64,000 nt of DNA from the human T2T-CHM13v2.0 reference genome, Homo sapiens, in assembly GCF_009914755.1 (NCBI RefSeq), contig NC_060930.1; one strand, 5' to 3'. Shown here in pieces: positions 28,011 to 41,886 of the stretch (position 1 is its first letter; the number at the start of each line of letters is the position of its first letter). The position numbers and the translations under genes were made by a program. The notes beneath the pieces were generated by a model. That model was given only the letters and a program-made list of their open reading frames with translations, was not told where the DNA came from and searched no databases.

Positions 28011-31000
28011 AAGGAGTCCGCCGCCTTCGCGGCCCAGGGCTCGGCCCCGGCTCTGGCCCGCGCCCCCGCCCCCCGGCGCTAAAAAAGGAGTGCCTCCGAC
28101 CCCTCGTCCCCAGCGCTCCGCACGCGGCACAGTGAGACCCCCACCCGCTCCTCCCCGCAGGGCGTGCGATTTATTTATTTATTTCCAGTCGGAGAAGATG
28201 TCGGAGCCCAAGCCGCCGGTTGGCTGGAAGGCGCTTTCTCTGTGGAGGCCGATAGTGGCAGGGAGGGGGCCGGGGACGGTTCCGCGGAGGGATCTGACGC
28301 ACACGGAGCCGCAGCACAGGCTCTATTCAGCGGCGCTGGCTGGAGCTGAGATGGAAGTTAGTTTCTATGTAGCAGAAATATGAAACAAATGAAGCAAAAC
28401 TGCCCAGAGAGGGGAAATGCCCCAAGGATGGGTCTCACTCACGCGCGTACACAGACACACACGCAGAGAGCACTCTCACGCTGGGCAAGCTCGGGATCGC
28501 GCTACCCTTCCCGAGTTGAATGATAGTGTTTGGTTTCTGTCTCTTGCCATGTGCATGTGTATAAATGCTGCGGATTGGCATCTGTGTAAGTCTTGTCCTG
28601 CGTTATTTCTGCAGCCTATGCAAGTGTTGTGTAATTTATTGGAGTGCTGTATATTGCAATAGAGGTTTGGGCTGCTTTTTGTTAAGCACTTGCGTTTTGC
28701 AAACCCGTTATTTGCTGAAGCCACCTCTGCATATTTCTTTTATTACTGCCATTGCCTTTGGCGTACGTTTTTTAAATGTTTTTTATTGTTAAACGGGCAA
28801 AGCGAACTCTTGATTTGTACTTCAGATACTCTTTTTCCTTATTACAAAAAGGCTAGTGATGGCTAATTAGGTATTTGGAATTAAAGAACCTTAAAGCTTT
28901 TTTAAGTGTTTACGAGAAGGGAGAATGTAAACCTGAGGGAAAGGAAAGGACGCTAATATTCATGTCTAACTGATCTGGAGGTAATTTAGTGACAGATCGA
29001 TAACCTGCCGAAGGATATTGAAAGAGTATACTACAGTTTAGCCAAGGTGAATAGTGATTAAATAATTTAAATAATCTGTGTATCTTGCAGTTGACTTCGT
29101 CATGCTAATTAATGGCTTCTAATTTGAGATGTAAACCATTCCTGTTTACAGTTAATCACGGGAAGACTTCTTGAAAACTGACGAAAAGGAGAAAAAAAAA
29201 TCTTTCGTAAATTAGTATGTAATTACCGATTTTATATGCTAAATCATACATCTGTGTTTTGCTGATGAGGATAAGGGCCTTGTTTTTAAAAAAACGAATA
29301 TGGGTGAAATTAATGGAAACAATAGAAAAAGCCATTTGTTAGAAAACAAGGACACCAAATGATTATCTCCAGATGATTTAAGCACTTTCCAAAAAGACTT
29401 GAGAGTTCAATATTTTTTAAGGATTGCATTTTAAAGGGAATTTGGATAGTCGTTCTTTTGTTAACATGTAACAAAAGATTCTCCTTAAAAATGTTAGATA
29501 ATAAACTGCATTTTATGGGTCTGGTTTAAAAAGGTTATTTGTGGGGAAAGGACCAACAAGCTGTATTGTGGTTTTCTAGATTGTTTCCTCAAGCCTTGTA
29601 ACCTCCTAGCTCCTTACATTCCTAGTGGGAAATACTTGCTGCAAATGCCTTGGGCTGCACTGTAAGCCCAAGTGTGCTGCACCAGTGTGATGCCCTATAC
29701 TAAAACATCCAGAAATCATCATACATATGAGGAAGAAGAAATAAAGCCTCAAACCCTTTGGAATAATAGGATATAAAATTGCCTTTTGTAACTGAATCTT
29801 AAAAATGGAAGGTTACCATGACTTGTCCTATTGCAACCTGGTTATCAGAATAACTTATTTTTTTTAAGATAGCTATTCTCAAATACTGAACATATTTGCA
29901 TCTTTAAAGACACTTTATTCTATTCAATTATAGGTAAAGTAGCCTATTTCTAGGTGGTTAGGCTTGAAAAGATAGACTGAAAAGATAGGACATTTTGTAT
30001 GCCTTTTTGCAAATTGTATTTACTTCTAAGACCGATGCTGTTTTAGCTTAACTTTTAAAAAAGTGTTCTTCAAATAATTGTAATATTTTACACGATCTTG
30101 AAGTTCTTCAAATAAACAGAGTTTAGAAACTAAAAATTATAGTGGGATTTTCTGGTTTTGAAGGCTTGGAATGTATGATTCTTACTAATAGATGTTTTAT
30201 TCTTGTGATTGAAAATAAACCAAATTATGACATGGAATATAATATTACTCTGGGTAAAGTTTGTGATATATATCTTCTGTGTGTTTTGTAAACATAGAAA
30301 ACTAGCATGATTATCTCATATATTCTTTTCATTTAGAAGCCACAAAAGCTTTCACCTAAATATGCTACTAGTACTTAGCTCCTTAAAAATTTTTTGGAAA
30401 ATCCCCCTCTAAGTTTTCTAAACATGATGTTCCTGTCATTTTGATTGATTTTTGACAGTGTTTATATTTCTTTTTCAAATGTCCAATATGCAGATTGTTG
30501 TAACCTTCCCTTTGAACTATTGTCTGTTATAAGAAAATATACATTACCTGCTAAAAATTAAAACTTCCCTTCAGCCAAATAAACTATTTGTATTTAACAG
30601 TGGATATTGAATTGAATTTTACTAAGTCCTTTAAATGTAACAAATACTCCAAATAGCCCTTTTAATTTTCTTAAACATAAAAAACATTTGTGAATTATAG
30701 CATTGACAGTTAACTGTAAGATTTATTAAGTTGTTTATTGTACTTGTTTATGTACAAAGTCTGTAAATATCAAATAGAAAGAAAAGTCTTATTTGGAAGT
30801 TCTAGATTTTAGTTCCCAAAGCAATGATCCTTGCAATTTTTTGTTCAGCCAACTCTTTTGCATATAAGGATAGTTCAGATTCCATCTATATCCTTTCCTG
30901 TTTGTTTATTTTAACATTTTTATGGGTTTCCAAAAATAAAATATCACTTTAAAAAGATCTCCATGCAGTTTAAATAGCAAGGTTAACAAATAATAGTAAA

Positions 31001-31570
31001 AGTTTGGAAAGCCAAGACCTAACGTTTTTACATAATGTAGTCTCTCTAGGAGATATAGAAACTTTTCTTGAAATATAAAAGTTTATGTGAAATTCATCAC
31101 TTTTCACGTGGCAACACATGAAACAAAATAAATATTTAACAAAAATTTTGTCTTGATCTTGTAAGCTATTATTCCAATAAAATAATCAAATACTATCATT
31201 TCAGTTGTTTCAGGAACAAGATGGGATGGTATTTATAAGTACAAAAATTATACATTTATGAAATTTAATCTCCAGTAGTATGGTGAATAATACGTAACTC
31301 AAAAAATCTCTATAAGTACAACTTTTAAAATTTCATGTTAAATCTTGCTTTTGTTTTGATGTTACATTTCTTCTATAGCAGAAGCTTTATCCTGTGAAAT
31401 ACAGAAATGTAAAAGTAGAAAACACTGTTCTCTCAAAAGTACTTTAAAAAAAACTACTCATCTGCCCCAAGAACACAATACAACTGTCAAGGATCTTATT
31501 TAACAAGCCACACTCCTCACTGTGGCTTGCTCCCCAATATTGTGTGTTTCTGTCCATGCTTATCTGACTT

Positions 31571-31601
<31 letters not shown>

Positions 31602-34600
31602 TATCCTTCTTCATAGAGCATGAATATTTATCAGATTTGAAGCACATGAACAGATATACTATTTGGCTGCTCCAAAAAGAATAGAGATAACCAACTTAAG
31701 TGAGCCATTCCATTATTTAACAATGTTTTTGTTATTTAACATTAACAGTTCTCCCTTATATCTCACTGAGGAATCTTTTTACTTAAATTAGAGCACGTTT
31801 CCTTTTAATGTGTAACAAATATAGCTAGTCCTCAACAATCATGTTATCCCTTATGTATTTAAATGTTAGTAATTCACTCAATCTTTTTTATCCAAGTTAA
31901 ATAATTCTAGTAGTTTGTATTTTTATAAGTCTTAATTTGCACAAGAAATACACATCTTCATGGGTTTATTTATATAGTTTGTTTTAAATGATCACTTCAT
32001 GAGTTTTAACAGTACAATTACAAAGATTAAAGGAGAAAAACAATTTTAGAACATATTCCCCTAAGATTTGGAGCAACACAGTGGATGAAGCAGAAAAAGC
32101 TGTTCCAGATGGCAGGAAACATAAAGGAGAAGTCTGTAGGCATGTTCTATCATAGGAAGATGTCTGATGGACTGGGAGTGGGCTGAGTTGAACAGAGAAC
32201 AGTGAAAGAAGAGAAGGTAAAGTGGGGGAGGGGAGGAGAAAATGGGTGCAGAGGCTCTGGTAGTACACTATTATCTATGCGATGTTAAGATGGCATTTGA
32301 GAAAAACAGTTACATAGTCACTTGCCTTTATATGTGCCTAAAGCCATAAACTTCAGGAACCCCAAAGAAAAAGCATTTTAGTTATAGAAAAGGAAGGGAA
32401 AGTTTTATCTGACAAATAGTGAGGAATCTATACAGAGTAAAAATAATGGATATCAAGGACACCAAAGTAGACACTACTGATGACAAAGAAGAACAGGTGT
32501 TTGAAAGAATAAGGACTGAACATTCAGAGCACTCACAAGTCTGACTTGAGACTCATATATAAGTTCTAATTCAAAATTAAGAATAAAGCAACTTAGATTT
32601 AACTGTAACCAAAAATACTCTATTTTCTGAATTCCTATAAGAGACCTAATTATACAATCTAATTTGTATATTATTTTTGTTTTTCTTCATATATGGGGAT
32701 GTGTGTGTACTTGCGAAGGTCCCCCTGACTTATGCCTCTGTTGCTTTATTCTCTTTCACAGATATTCTCATACATGTTTATTGAAACAATGACTAGCTAT
32801 TACAAAAAAATTAGTTATATCATAGTTAAAAATTTAAAACAATATTGATACCAGGTAGATCTTTCAACCAAGATGTGTGTGCTAAAATTTAAGAAAAGCT
32901 TATAATTTGATTTTAAGATTACACCTACAAATCTTGTTACACTAACAGTTTTCATGTTTACACTTGAGTGCCTAAAAATACAGGTGCAGACGAAATGGCT
33001 GGAGTGGATTTTTAAATGCTCATCAAAATTTACCAACTGATAATGATTTATAGACAAACTATGATAGCCTTTAGATGGAATATTGTGGTAAGAATATATG
33101 TGGTATTTCCCCTTAACAGGTATCAGAAGTAATGCCTCTAAGACATCATTAGAGAAAATCTTTCTTAAAAATGTTGGGTAAGTAGCATCATGTGAGAAGG
33201 AAGAAGTATATTGTCTTTTTGTCTTATTATAGTTTGTACATGTTACACTTTACACTTGTTTTTGTCATTCAGTGTTTTGGGTTTTTTGGCAAGTACTTGT
33301 GTAAGAATTCCATCTTTCCCTGATATTCCGGCATTTTCAGTTTTTTCTGTGTCTCTGTAAAAGTTTCCTTCTTTTCCATCAGTGAAATGTTAGTTTCCAA
33401 AGGTAAAATACGGAAAATAAGATATGTAATTATTTGGAGAAACAATTCCCATGTTATATTTTCAGTTTGGATATATTCTAAGAACTCTAAAAATATAAAT
33501 ATGAATCTATTCTTTCCTCTTATAATTGGGACTGTCACACATTAAAATCTTCAACATCTCTTATTTTCAGGTTTCCTGGTTATTATACAAAAGACTAAAA
33601 CAATTTAAAGAATTGGTGTCAAAAGGAGGAAAAAACATGTAGCCTGCCTCCCTGTCTTCCTTCCTTTCTTCCTGCCTTGCTTCCCTGCTTCCCTCTTCCT
33701 GCTTTCTTTCCTCTGTTTTTCCATAAGGAAAGAAATGAAGTGCTAAGTGGCAAACGTTTGCTGTTTGTGCAGTATGTATTTGCATTTTTGTGTTGCCAAA
33801 TTTTTCTTATTTCAACATTTTTACCGAAGTCCAGGTAAATGTGGCCCTCTTCAGATGTTAGATTTTACTGAGTTAGAGGAATTACTAAATTTTAAAAAAA
33901 GTTTTTGCATTTTTCACACTCCATAAAGTTTTCAGGACTTACATAAACTTAAACCTCTCTATGGTTAATATTGCTTAACTTCACTTCTTTGAGATATTTA
34001 GATAACTTGTTTCATTTTCATTTTTAGATCCAGATCGTATTATACCTTAAAAAAATTTAGATCAGTTTGTGTTGAACACACAATGGCAAATTTCCGTGGC
34101 ACGATAGTGAAGATACTTTCCCCTAAAGCCTATTAACAGGCATTCTTCTATTAGAATAGTAATTACAAAGGTAATTTCCTCTGTTAATCACCCAACTTTT
34201 TTCCTGTTATTATTTTATGATCTTTTCCCTTTTTACTACTCATAATATTTTAATAGAAATTTTTTTAATGTTAAAAAAGATGAAAAAAATAAGAACTTCT
34301 GTCACAAGTTCTGGTGTTCTGCATTGCTGTGAAGCTGTGTTTTTTTTTTCCTGGGCAAAATTATTTAAGATGACATAAAAACCCAAAGTCAACCTCTAAC
34401 ATCTGTCCTTGGCCCTTATATGTCATTCCTACTACTATAGTATTCTCATTGCAGCGTTATTCCTTTCTCTCTGTGTGTCAGCTGAAGAACCATCATTTAA
34501 ACACTTGCAGTTTGACCCTCATTATGTACTTTGTTTCAACACATGGAGATGCCCAGCTTACTAGAGGCTGATAATCTGAAGCAGCAGTGACCCCTCTAAC

Positions 34601-36606
34601 CACAACATCTGGAAAACAAAGGTTGCATAATCTGGCTAGTCTCCAGAAATTTTCAGTTATTAAAATCTGACTTTGTTTAACAGCAATAACTCAATTTATT
34701 GAATGGATTGCAAGAGATATGAATCAATGGCTATATATACCATTCAAATTTAACTGCAAAGAATTCACATTTTTGAAACAATGAGTATTTCATATAGACT
34801 ATGTTTCTGTATCTTAACCTAATTGCTTTTAGTACAAAATGTATATGTTTTACAATGCTAGCCGGAATAAAGTCTACCAAGTTATTTTTAGCATCTGCAA
34901 AACAACATGCTAAAACTTTGTGAAGTAATCACTTGAGTGTGATAGACTCTTGAATTTTTTTTCAAAACACTTTTTGAGTGAGGGTATTATTTTCATATTT
35001 TAAAATTAACAGTTAATTTATAACAGATTATTTTTATTTATACAATATTATTAACCATAGAGAGGTTTCAATCAAGTCCTCTAGCCACAAGTAGATTGAA
35101 ACTTACAAACTAGAGTCACAAGTTGCATTTACTCCAAAAAATTTTTTAGTGTGCAGATTTTTTCCTTTTAGCTTTTTTAGGTTACAAACATGTTGTCATT
35201 CATTAAAAGTTTAGTTTTTCTTTTCCTAACATATTTATGCTTCAACACAGTAATATTTGGAGTCTAGAAATCAAGTCATTAACTTTGGAGCGATGTTTCA
35301 AACCTTTTTATTATGGAAAAATTGTCAAACATTCAAAAAAGTAAGGAGAATAGAAGGATAACCCCCAGATTTCCAATTCCCAGTGTTCACAATTATCCAC
35401 ATTTCGACATTCTGGTTTTACCTATCCTCCCCAACCTTTCTTACTTGAATATTTTAAAGTAAATCTCATCATTATCCTTGTAAATAATTTGGTGTGCAGT
35501 CCAGAAGCAAATTCTTGACTAAGTTCTTTTATTGATTGATTGACTCATTTATTTACTATCTCATATATTAAACATTTGTTGAGCTACCATATTCCAGACA
35601 CTGGATTAAGCCCTGGGAATTGATTAGCCAGGCAATGTCATTAGCATCCTTATTAAGAAGTTCTCTGATGATTGGAAATGTAAACTGCTAACAAATATCA
35701 TTCAACTGCTTAAACCCCATCCATGATGCTTCATGAGTCCTGGACAGTCCTTAGTATGATATGTGAGATCCTTCATGATCTGCCCTCCCTCGAACTCTCC
35801 ACACTCAGTTTTATCCACCAGAGCATAATCATTCTAAATTCTTTCTGTATGGAAATATTTAGTTTTCCAGATATGTCTCCTTTATTTTTTTGCACATACT
35901 GGCCTCTCTATAATCTTCATCTCCAAACCAGGCCAATTCCAATGTGGTTTTCAAGAGACAGCCCATTCTTTGCCTCTTTGAGAAACCTTACCCTGTGTCT
36001 TTCCTCCCAGCAAACAAACAACTAGGTGTTCATCCTTTGTGCTTCCAGAGAATCTTCTGTATATCTCTACAGTGGTATAGCATTCAGATAGTTTATTGTT
36101 TTATAGTGCTCTTCCTCACTAACTAAACTAAGAGGTTTTTTTTAGAATAGTTCCTGAACGTTAGATTTCTGTATTATGTGGCACAATTCAGAACATACAA
36201 TGGGTATTTAATAAATTCAGTGGGTTTTTTTCCTTGGAATGTGTTGGTTAAATAAATAAACTATGGTCATTTCTGGAGATATTTTAGGGTGGTGCCTAAT
36301 GATGATTCCAGTTTGCCATAATTTCACAAGATTAACAAAATCCTATGGAACCACTGGTAGTTTTCCCATTGAAGGGAAAGAAACAAAATGTGTGTTGTAT
36401 TTAAAAGAAACACCAGACTATCATGTGCCATTTCAATATTGGCTCTCTCTTTTCAGTCTTCATGACAGTATTATTTGAATATAAAATGAAGGGATGATTT
36501 GATCACTAAAATGAGGTCACAGAATACAAAATAATAGCCCAAAAAGAAGGCCTAACCTAATGAACAGCAATTCCGTTTTTACCCCTTCACATTTCCTCTT
36601 GCCACT

Positions 36607-36971
36607 TGATATGGTTTGGCTGTGTCCCCATCCAAATCTCATTTGAATTGTAGCTCCCATAATTCCCATGTGTCATGGGAGGGAAAAAGTGGGAGATAAT
36701 TGAATCATGAGGGCAGGTCTTTCCTGTGCTGCTCTCATGACAGTGAATAAGTCTCACAAGATCTGATGGTTTTATAAATGGAAGTTCCCCCACACAACAA
36801 GCTCTCTTGCCTGCTGCCATGTAAGACGTGTCTTGCTTCCCCTTCGCCTTCCACCACGACTGTGAGGCCTCCCCAGCCATGTGGAACTGGGAGTCAATTA
36901 AACCTATTTTCTTTTTAAATTACCCAGTCTCACATATGTCTTTATTAGCAGTGTGAGAACAGATTAATACA
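36607..36971 (+). mobile_element. THE1 (ERVL-MaLR) solo LTR
   Basis: TGATATGGTTTGGCTGTGTCCCC...TAATACA; TG..CA ends; 5-bp TSD CCACT. Confidence 0.93.
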
Positions 36972-37369
36972 CCACTTAACTTTAATATGTCTTTTTTAGT
37001 ACATTTCTCTTGCATATCTTTTATCTCCATCTTACATCTTATACTTTCAAGAATCAGAGGGAAAACAAGCATGCATGTAAATAGGGTATCTAATAAATAG
37101 CATGGTGCATCAGCAAGGCTCCACTACCAAGTGGAAAAGAGCATCTGGGCCATTACTCGCATGATTGTGGCAATTCCACACATAGGATCACAGAATTTTA
37201 GAGCTGGAACGTACCCTGCAGATTATCTAGTCCAAATTTCCTTTCAAAGAGGTTAAATGGTTTGTCCAAACTCACACTGTCTTTTCAAATTTCAGTCAGC
37301 CCTGAAATGTTTTTGAGATTATTGGTGAAAAGGCAGGATAGCTGAATAGCCAAAAGAGAATAATTTAGT

Positions 37370-37545
37370 ATGGAGGAGTCAACATGATTTCTGCATGAGA
37401 AATGATGTTTGTAGGTTTCACTAGAGTTGTTTCAGGGGATAAATAATCATAACTAAGGAGATTTGGAGATAAAGTTTATATTTAAACTTTCAGAAAGCTT
37501 TATGAAAGTTCCTATATCAGAGACTACTTAGACAATCCCCATAAG
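37370..37545 (+). mobile_element. CR1/L3 reverse transcriptase fossil
   Basis: Frameshifted translation QHDF..LELFQG..DKVY(L)NFQKAFMKVP(Y)QRLL resembles the CR1 RT motif QHGF..LDF.KAFD.VPH.RLL. Confidence 0.6.
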
Positions 37546-37599
37546 AAATTGAGTTGGAGAGAAATAGGGAGAAATTTTAGTAGTTAACAATATAGACAG

Positions 37600-38040
37600 A
37601 GAAGAATCAAGTCCTAATTCTGTCTCTTACTGAGTGGCCTTGGGGAAATTATTTCACCTTGCTTAACATTTTTCCACAAATAATATAAGAATAAGAATTT
37701 TACTTAACTCATAGGGCTGCTGTGAGGATTGAATTAGATAATAACATTGTCTATAATAAAAGCTAACACATATCAAATATTTAGTATGATACATAGTACC
37801 ATGGGATATGCCAGACACTGTTAACTACTTAATAAATATTACCTAATTTAATCTTCATAAGGCCTGTATAAGGAAGGCAATGTTACCTCCCCCACTTTAA
37901 AGATCAAAGAGACTGAGGCAAAGAATGATAAAACATCTTGTCCTAAGTCATGAATTAGTGATTAATAAAGTCAGGAATAAAACCTAGGAAGGTTGCTCCA
38001 GAGCCTTCACTCTTAGCCAGTCAATCTCCTGACTCCTATG
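37600..38040. mobile_element. Two adjacent MIR fragments in opposite orientation
   Basis: ctcatagggctgctgtgaggattgaattagataat, then atttaatcttcataa...gagactgaggc. Confidence 0.6.
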
Positions 38041-39274
38041 CTATTAATATGCATAAACCCTTTTCCATGCACAGAACTAGGTACATAATAAGGGCTTAAT
38101 AAATGTTGGATAATACTATTTTTATACTTTCTCATGTGGACAAAGAAAGGGATGCCTAATATTGACTAAAGGTTTACTCTAAGCATAAGGTATTCTCTTT
38201 ACAACTAACCTGGAAGGCACACAGAGGCCCAGGGAGGTTCCATGGCTCAACCACAGTCAGAAGCCAGTAAGGACACAACCAGGATTCAGAAGACATTGGT
38301 CTTGGTCCAAAGCCCATGGTCTTATTACTACATTCCAACATGAACTCTTATTTGGATCAATACTTTTATTTGTTCTTCCTCTTCTACCAAAAATGTGCTT
38401 AGACATATTAGTATGTATCTGCATAAGATATAAGGCACATATACGCATATTATCAATGTTTTATTTGACCTACGAGTGAGCAAAATTTAGTAAAGAGAAA
38501 ATAAAGAGTAACAAGGGAAGAATTTAGCCAGTTTCTGAAGAATAAACAGCTAATGTCCCCAGAGTCTACACTGGAACCAGTCAATTTTTCATGATTTAGA
38601 ACATGATGCGGCATACAAATACACGTTAACATGTATTGATTTTCAGTTGACAATATGTTTTTCTCAGGAGAAAAGAGCCAAGCCAATGATGTCAAGTGGC
38701 AAGATCCAAGATGAGTTGCTAGACAAGGCATTTTTGAGTCATTTAGATTAGTCCATGCAAAACATTGTCCTAAAAAGTTTCTGTGCCAAAACCCAATACA
38801 AAGTGCCAAAAAGAAGAGTACTGGAAGCATAAAATATTATCCCAAGGACTGTACATCAGCATTAGATGTATTTTGAAGTACTAGTCACCACACCTCAAAG
38901 AATACATAAGGCTTGAAACTATCTAGAGAAAGATAATTAAAATGTTGTAAAGATATAGAAAGTTGACCGCTGGAAAATAGACTAAATATGTTAATGTCTT
39001 TGAAAACTGAGAAGGGATGTAGTAAAGTCATGGGGAAAATGGGTAGGACAAACACAAAGTTATTCATCAAAATCTAGAATTCTAGAACCAGCAAGTACCT
39101 TGTTTCTGTTCTTATTAACCTCTGAATAGTTCATAATGTATCTCCTGGAAGGAAGGGTATTTTCTACAGGATCATCATATATTTTCACACTTAGGATATT
39201 TCACATTAACACTATTACCTAACATATAATCCACATCCAAGTTTCTCCACTGTCCCAATAAGGTCCTTTATTGC

Positions 39275-39999
39275 CCTTTTTTCCTTTCTTCCTTCCTCTT
39301 CTCTCCCTCCCTCCTTCTTTCTTTCCTTTTTCTCTCCCTCCTTCTTTCCTCCTGTTTTCCTCCCTCCTTTCCTTCCTTTTTTCCTCCTTCCTCCCTCTTT
39401 CCCTCCATCTTTCCTTCCTTCTTTTCTCCTTCTCGCCCTCCCTTTCTCCCTCCTTGCTTCTTTTTCTTCCTTCCTTCCTCCCTTCCTTCCTCTTTCTTTC
39501 CTTCTTCCCTTCCTCCCTCCCTCTCTTTTTCCTTCTTGTCTTTTTGTTTCTTCCTTACTTCCTCCCTTCCTCCTTGCTCTCTCCTTCTTTCTTCCTTCTT
39601 CCTTCCCTTCTTTCTCCTTCCTTCCTTTCTTCCTGCTTCCTTCCTTTCTTATTCCTTTCTCTTTTCTCCTTTTTTCTTCCTTTCTCCTCCTTTCTCCTTC
39701 CTTTCTTCCTCCTTCCTTTCTTCTTTCCTTCCTCCCTTCTTCCCCCCTCTCTCCTTCCCTCCTCCCTTCCATTCTTTCCTTCCTTTCCTCCTTTCCTTTC
39801 TTCCTTCCCTCCCTCCCTTCTTCCTTCCTTCCATCCTTCCCTGCCTCCCTCCCTTATTCCTTCCTTCTTTCCTTTCTTCCTTCCTTCCTCCTTCCCTCCT
39901 TCCTTCCTTCATTCCTCCTTCATTCTTCCCTCCTTCCCTCCTTCATTCCCCTCTTCATTCCCTCCTTCATTCCCTCCTTCCCTCCTTTATTCTTTTTTT
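39275..39999. repeat. About 725-bp polypyrimidine/polypurine low-complexity tract (CCTT/CTTT/CCCT units) inside an old L1M fragment
   Basis: Almost exclusively C/T on the + strand; L1-like sequence on both flanks. Confidence 0.95.
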
Positions 40000-41507
40000 G
40001 ACCCAGGGTCCAGTCAGGTATCTCAAGTTGCATTTACTTGATATAATGCTCTATTTTCACTTCGTCTGGAACAGTTGTCCAGAATTTTCCATCTTTGATG
40101 GCATCCTTAGTTTTTGAGAGTCCAGGAAAAGTCTTTTGCAGAACATTTCTCAGTTTGAATTTTGCTAATTGTTTCTTCATGATTATATTAAATTTGACGA
40201 TTTTTGGCAAGAATAAATACTACATAGTTAATGTTGTATCCTGTAAACACTTCTTAAAGACTGGAAGAGAAGAGATTTAGAACTGTTAAAGTCTAACTGT
40301 ATCCCAGAGTATTTGTTATTTCCAAGAGCAAAGAAAGTAATATCATTGGTTCAAAAGGTTTAAAATAAAAGGACTTAATCTATAACACTTAAATCTGTTA
40401 AGAAATTAATGAATGTTTCAGAATACCTCTTCAACTTTTTGCAGGTGACACTATGGGGCCTAGTATGCCTTTTCACAGATATCTCTTGTCATTACTCTGA
40501 GGAATAGAAAAGTGACTTTGTTGTACTAGCTTGACTAAAAATGGCATTTTCTAATGTCTCTCTCTTTTTCTCATCACAAAAGCAAATCCCAGTCAGTTAG
40601 ACATTTGCAACATTGATTCTAAATGCTCTTTCAGAGTGCATTTGAAGAGATATAAAAATCTTTGAGAGAAAAATATTTGTATATTAATATTGTCTAACCT
40701 CATAAGTTACTGACATCCTCAGTGATGTTGAGTGTATGGTTATTTCACTTAACAATTCAAAGTCTTCGAAATTGGGGGAAGATATAGATGCACAAAATAT
40801 ACAGAGGATTACTAATTTTTCCAGAATTTCCAAACTGAAATTTATTCATGTTAGTGTTTCATGAAAATATGGTATGATAAAATTAACATGGATTTGGGAT
40901 GCAGAAAGAGTTTGAAACTTAACACTGCTACTTCTCAGCTACTTGCCTATAATGAAGTCATTTAACTCTTTAAGTTGTATTTTCCACATCTGTAAAATGG
41001 AAGTGATAACATTTACCTTCCGGTGTTGTTATAAAATTGATAAATTTTTATGAAGTGTCAGTTTTATATAATTATTGTTATAATTACTGACAAGACAAAA
41101 ATCTTTGATTTTACCCAAGAAAAGAATGGTCCATCTGGATAATCAAACCAGGTATTTTGTATAAATTAACCAGTTGTTCAATCATATTTACTACTTACTA
41201 AATTTTTGTCCAAATGAAAAGTGCCAGACAAGATGTTGTCTAAGTCGTTTGTTCTACTTGATACCAAGTTCCCATCCTTGAATTGGGTGAGATAACCCGG
41301 TATGCATATAATAAATTTTCCCATTTGCTTAAGATAGCTCACATTTGGTTTCTGCCACCTGTAAGCAAAAGGAATATAGCTAACACTACCAGTTAAAAGC
41401 TGGTTAGTGATGCTACCATAATTAACACCAAAAATGGTCACAGTGGCTAACAATTCTTTCAACAATCAGCTTCATTTTTCATTATAATCGTCACACCAGA
41501 AGGTGGG

Positions 41508-41886
41508 TGTATTAGTCCATTCTCACGCTGCTATAAGGACATACCCAAGACTGGGTAATTTATAAAGGAAAGAGGTTTAATTGACTCACAGTTCAGCATG
41601 GCTGGGGAAGCCTCAGGAAACTTACAATCATGGTGGAAGAAGATGCAAACACATTTTTCTTCACATGGTGGCAGGAGAGCGAAGTGCCTGGGGAAGCGGG
41701 GGAAAGCCCCTCATGAAATCATTGGATCTCATGAGAGCTCACTCACTATCACAAGAACAGAATGGAAGAACCAGCCTCGTGATCTAATCACCTCCCACGA
41801 GCTCCCTCTCCAAACACATGGGGATTATAATTCAGATTACAATTCAAGATGAGATTTGGGTGTGGACACAGAGCCAGACCATATCA
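41508..41886 (-). mobile_element. THE1 (D-like) solo LTR
   Basis: TGTATTAGTCCATTCTCACGCTGCTATAA...CCATATCA; 5-bp TSD GTGGG. Confidence 0.92.

Noticed and set aside
28131-28188. Possible + strand mini-intron GTGAGA...TTTATTTCCAG
   Set aside because: Only about 58 nt, below the usual human intron size, and no supporting exon evidence
39215-40117. ORFs of 185-256 aa (R/K/E/G-rich or F/L/P/S-rich)
   Set aside because: Translations of the polypyrimidine tract, which cannot contain stops; not membrane or charged proteins
36607-41886. The two THE1 LTRs as ends of one provirus
   Set aside because: Opposite orientations, different TSDs (CCACT vs GTGGG), and no internal sequence
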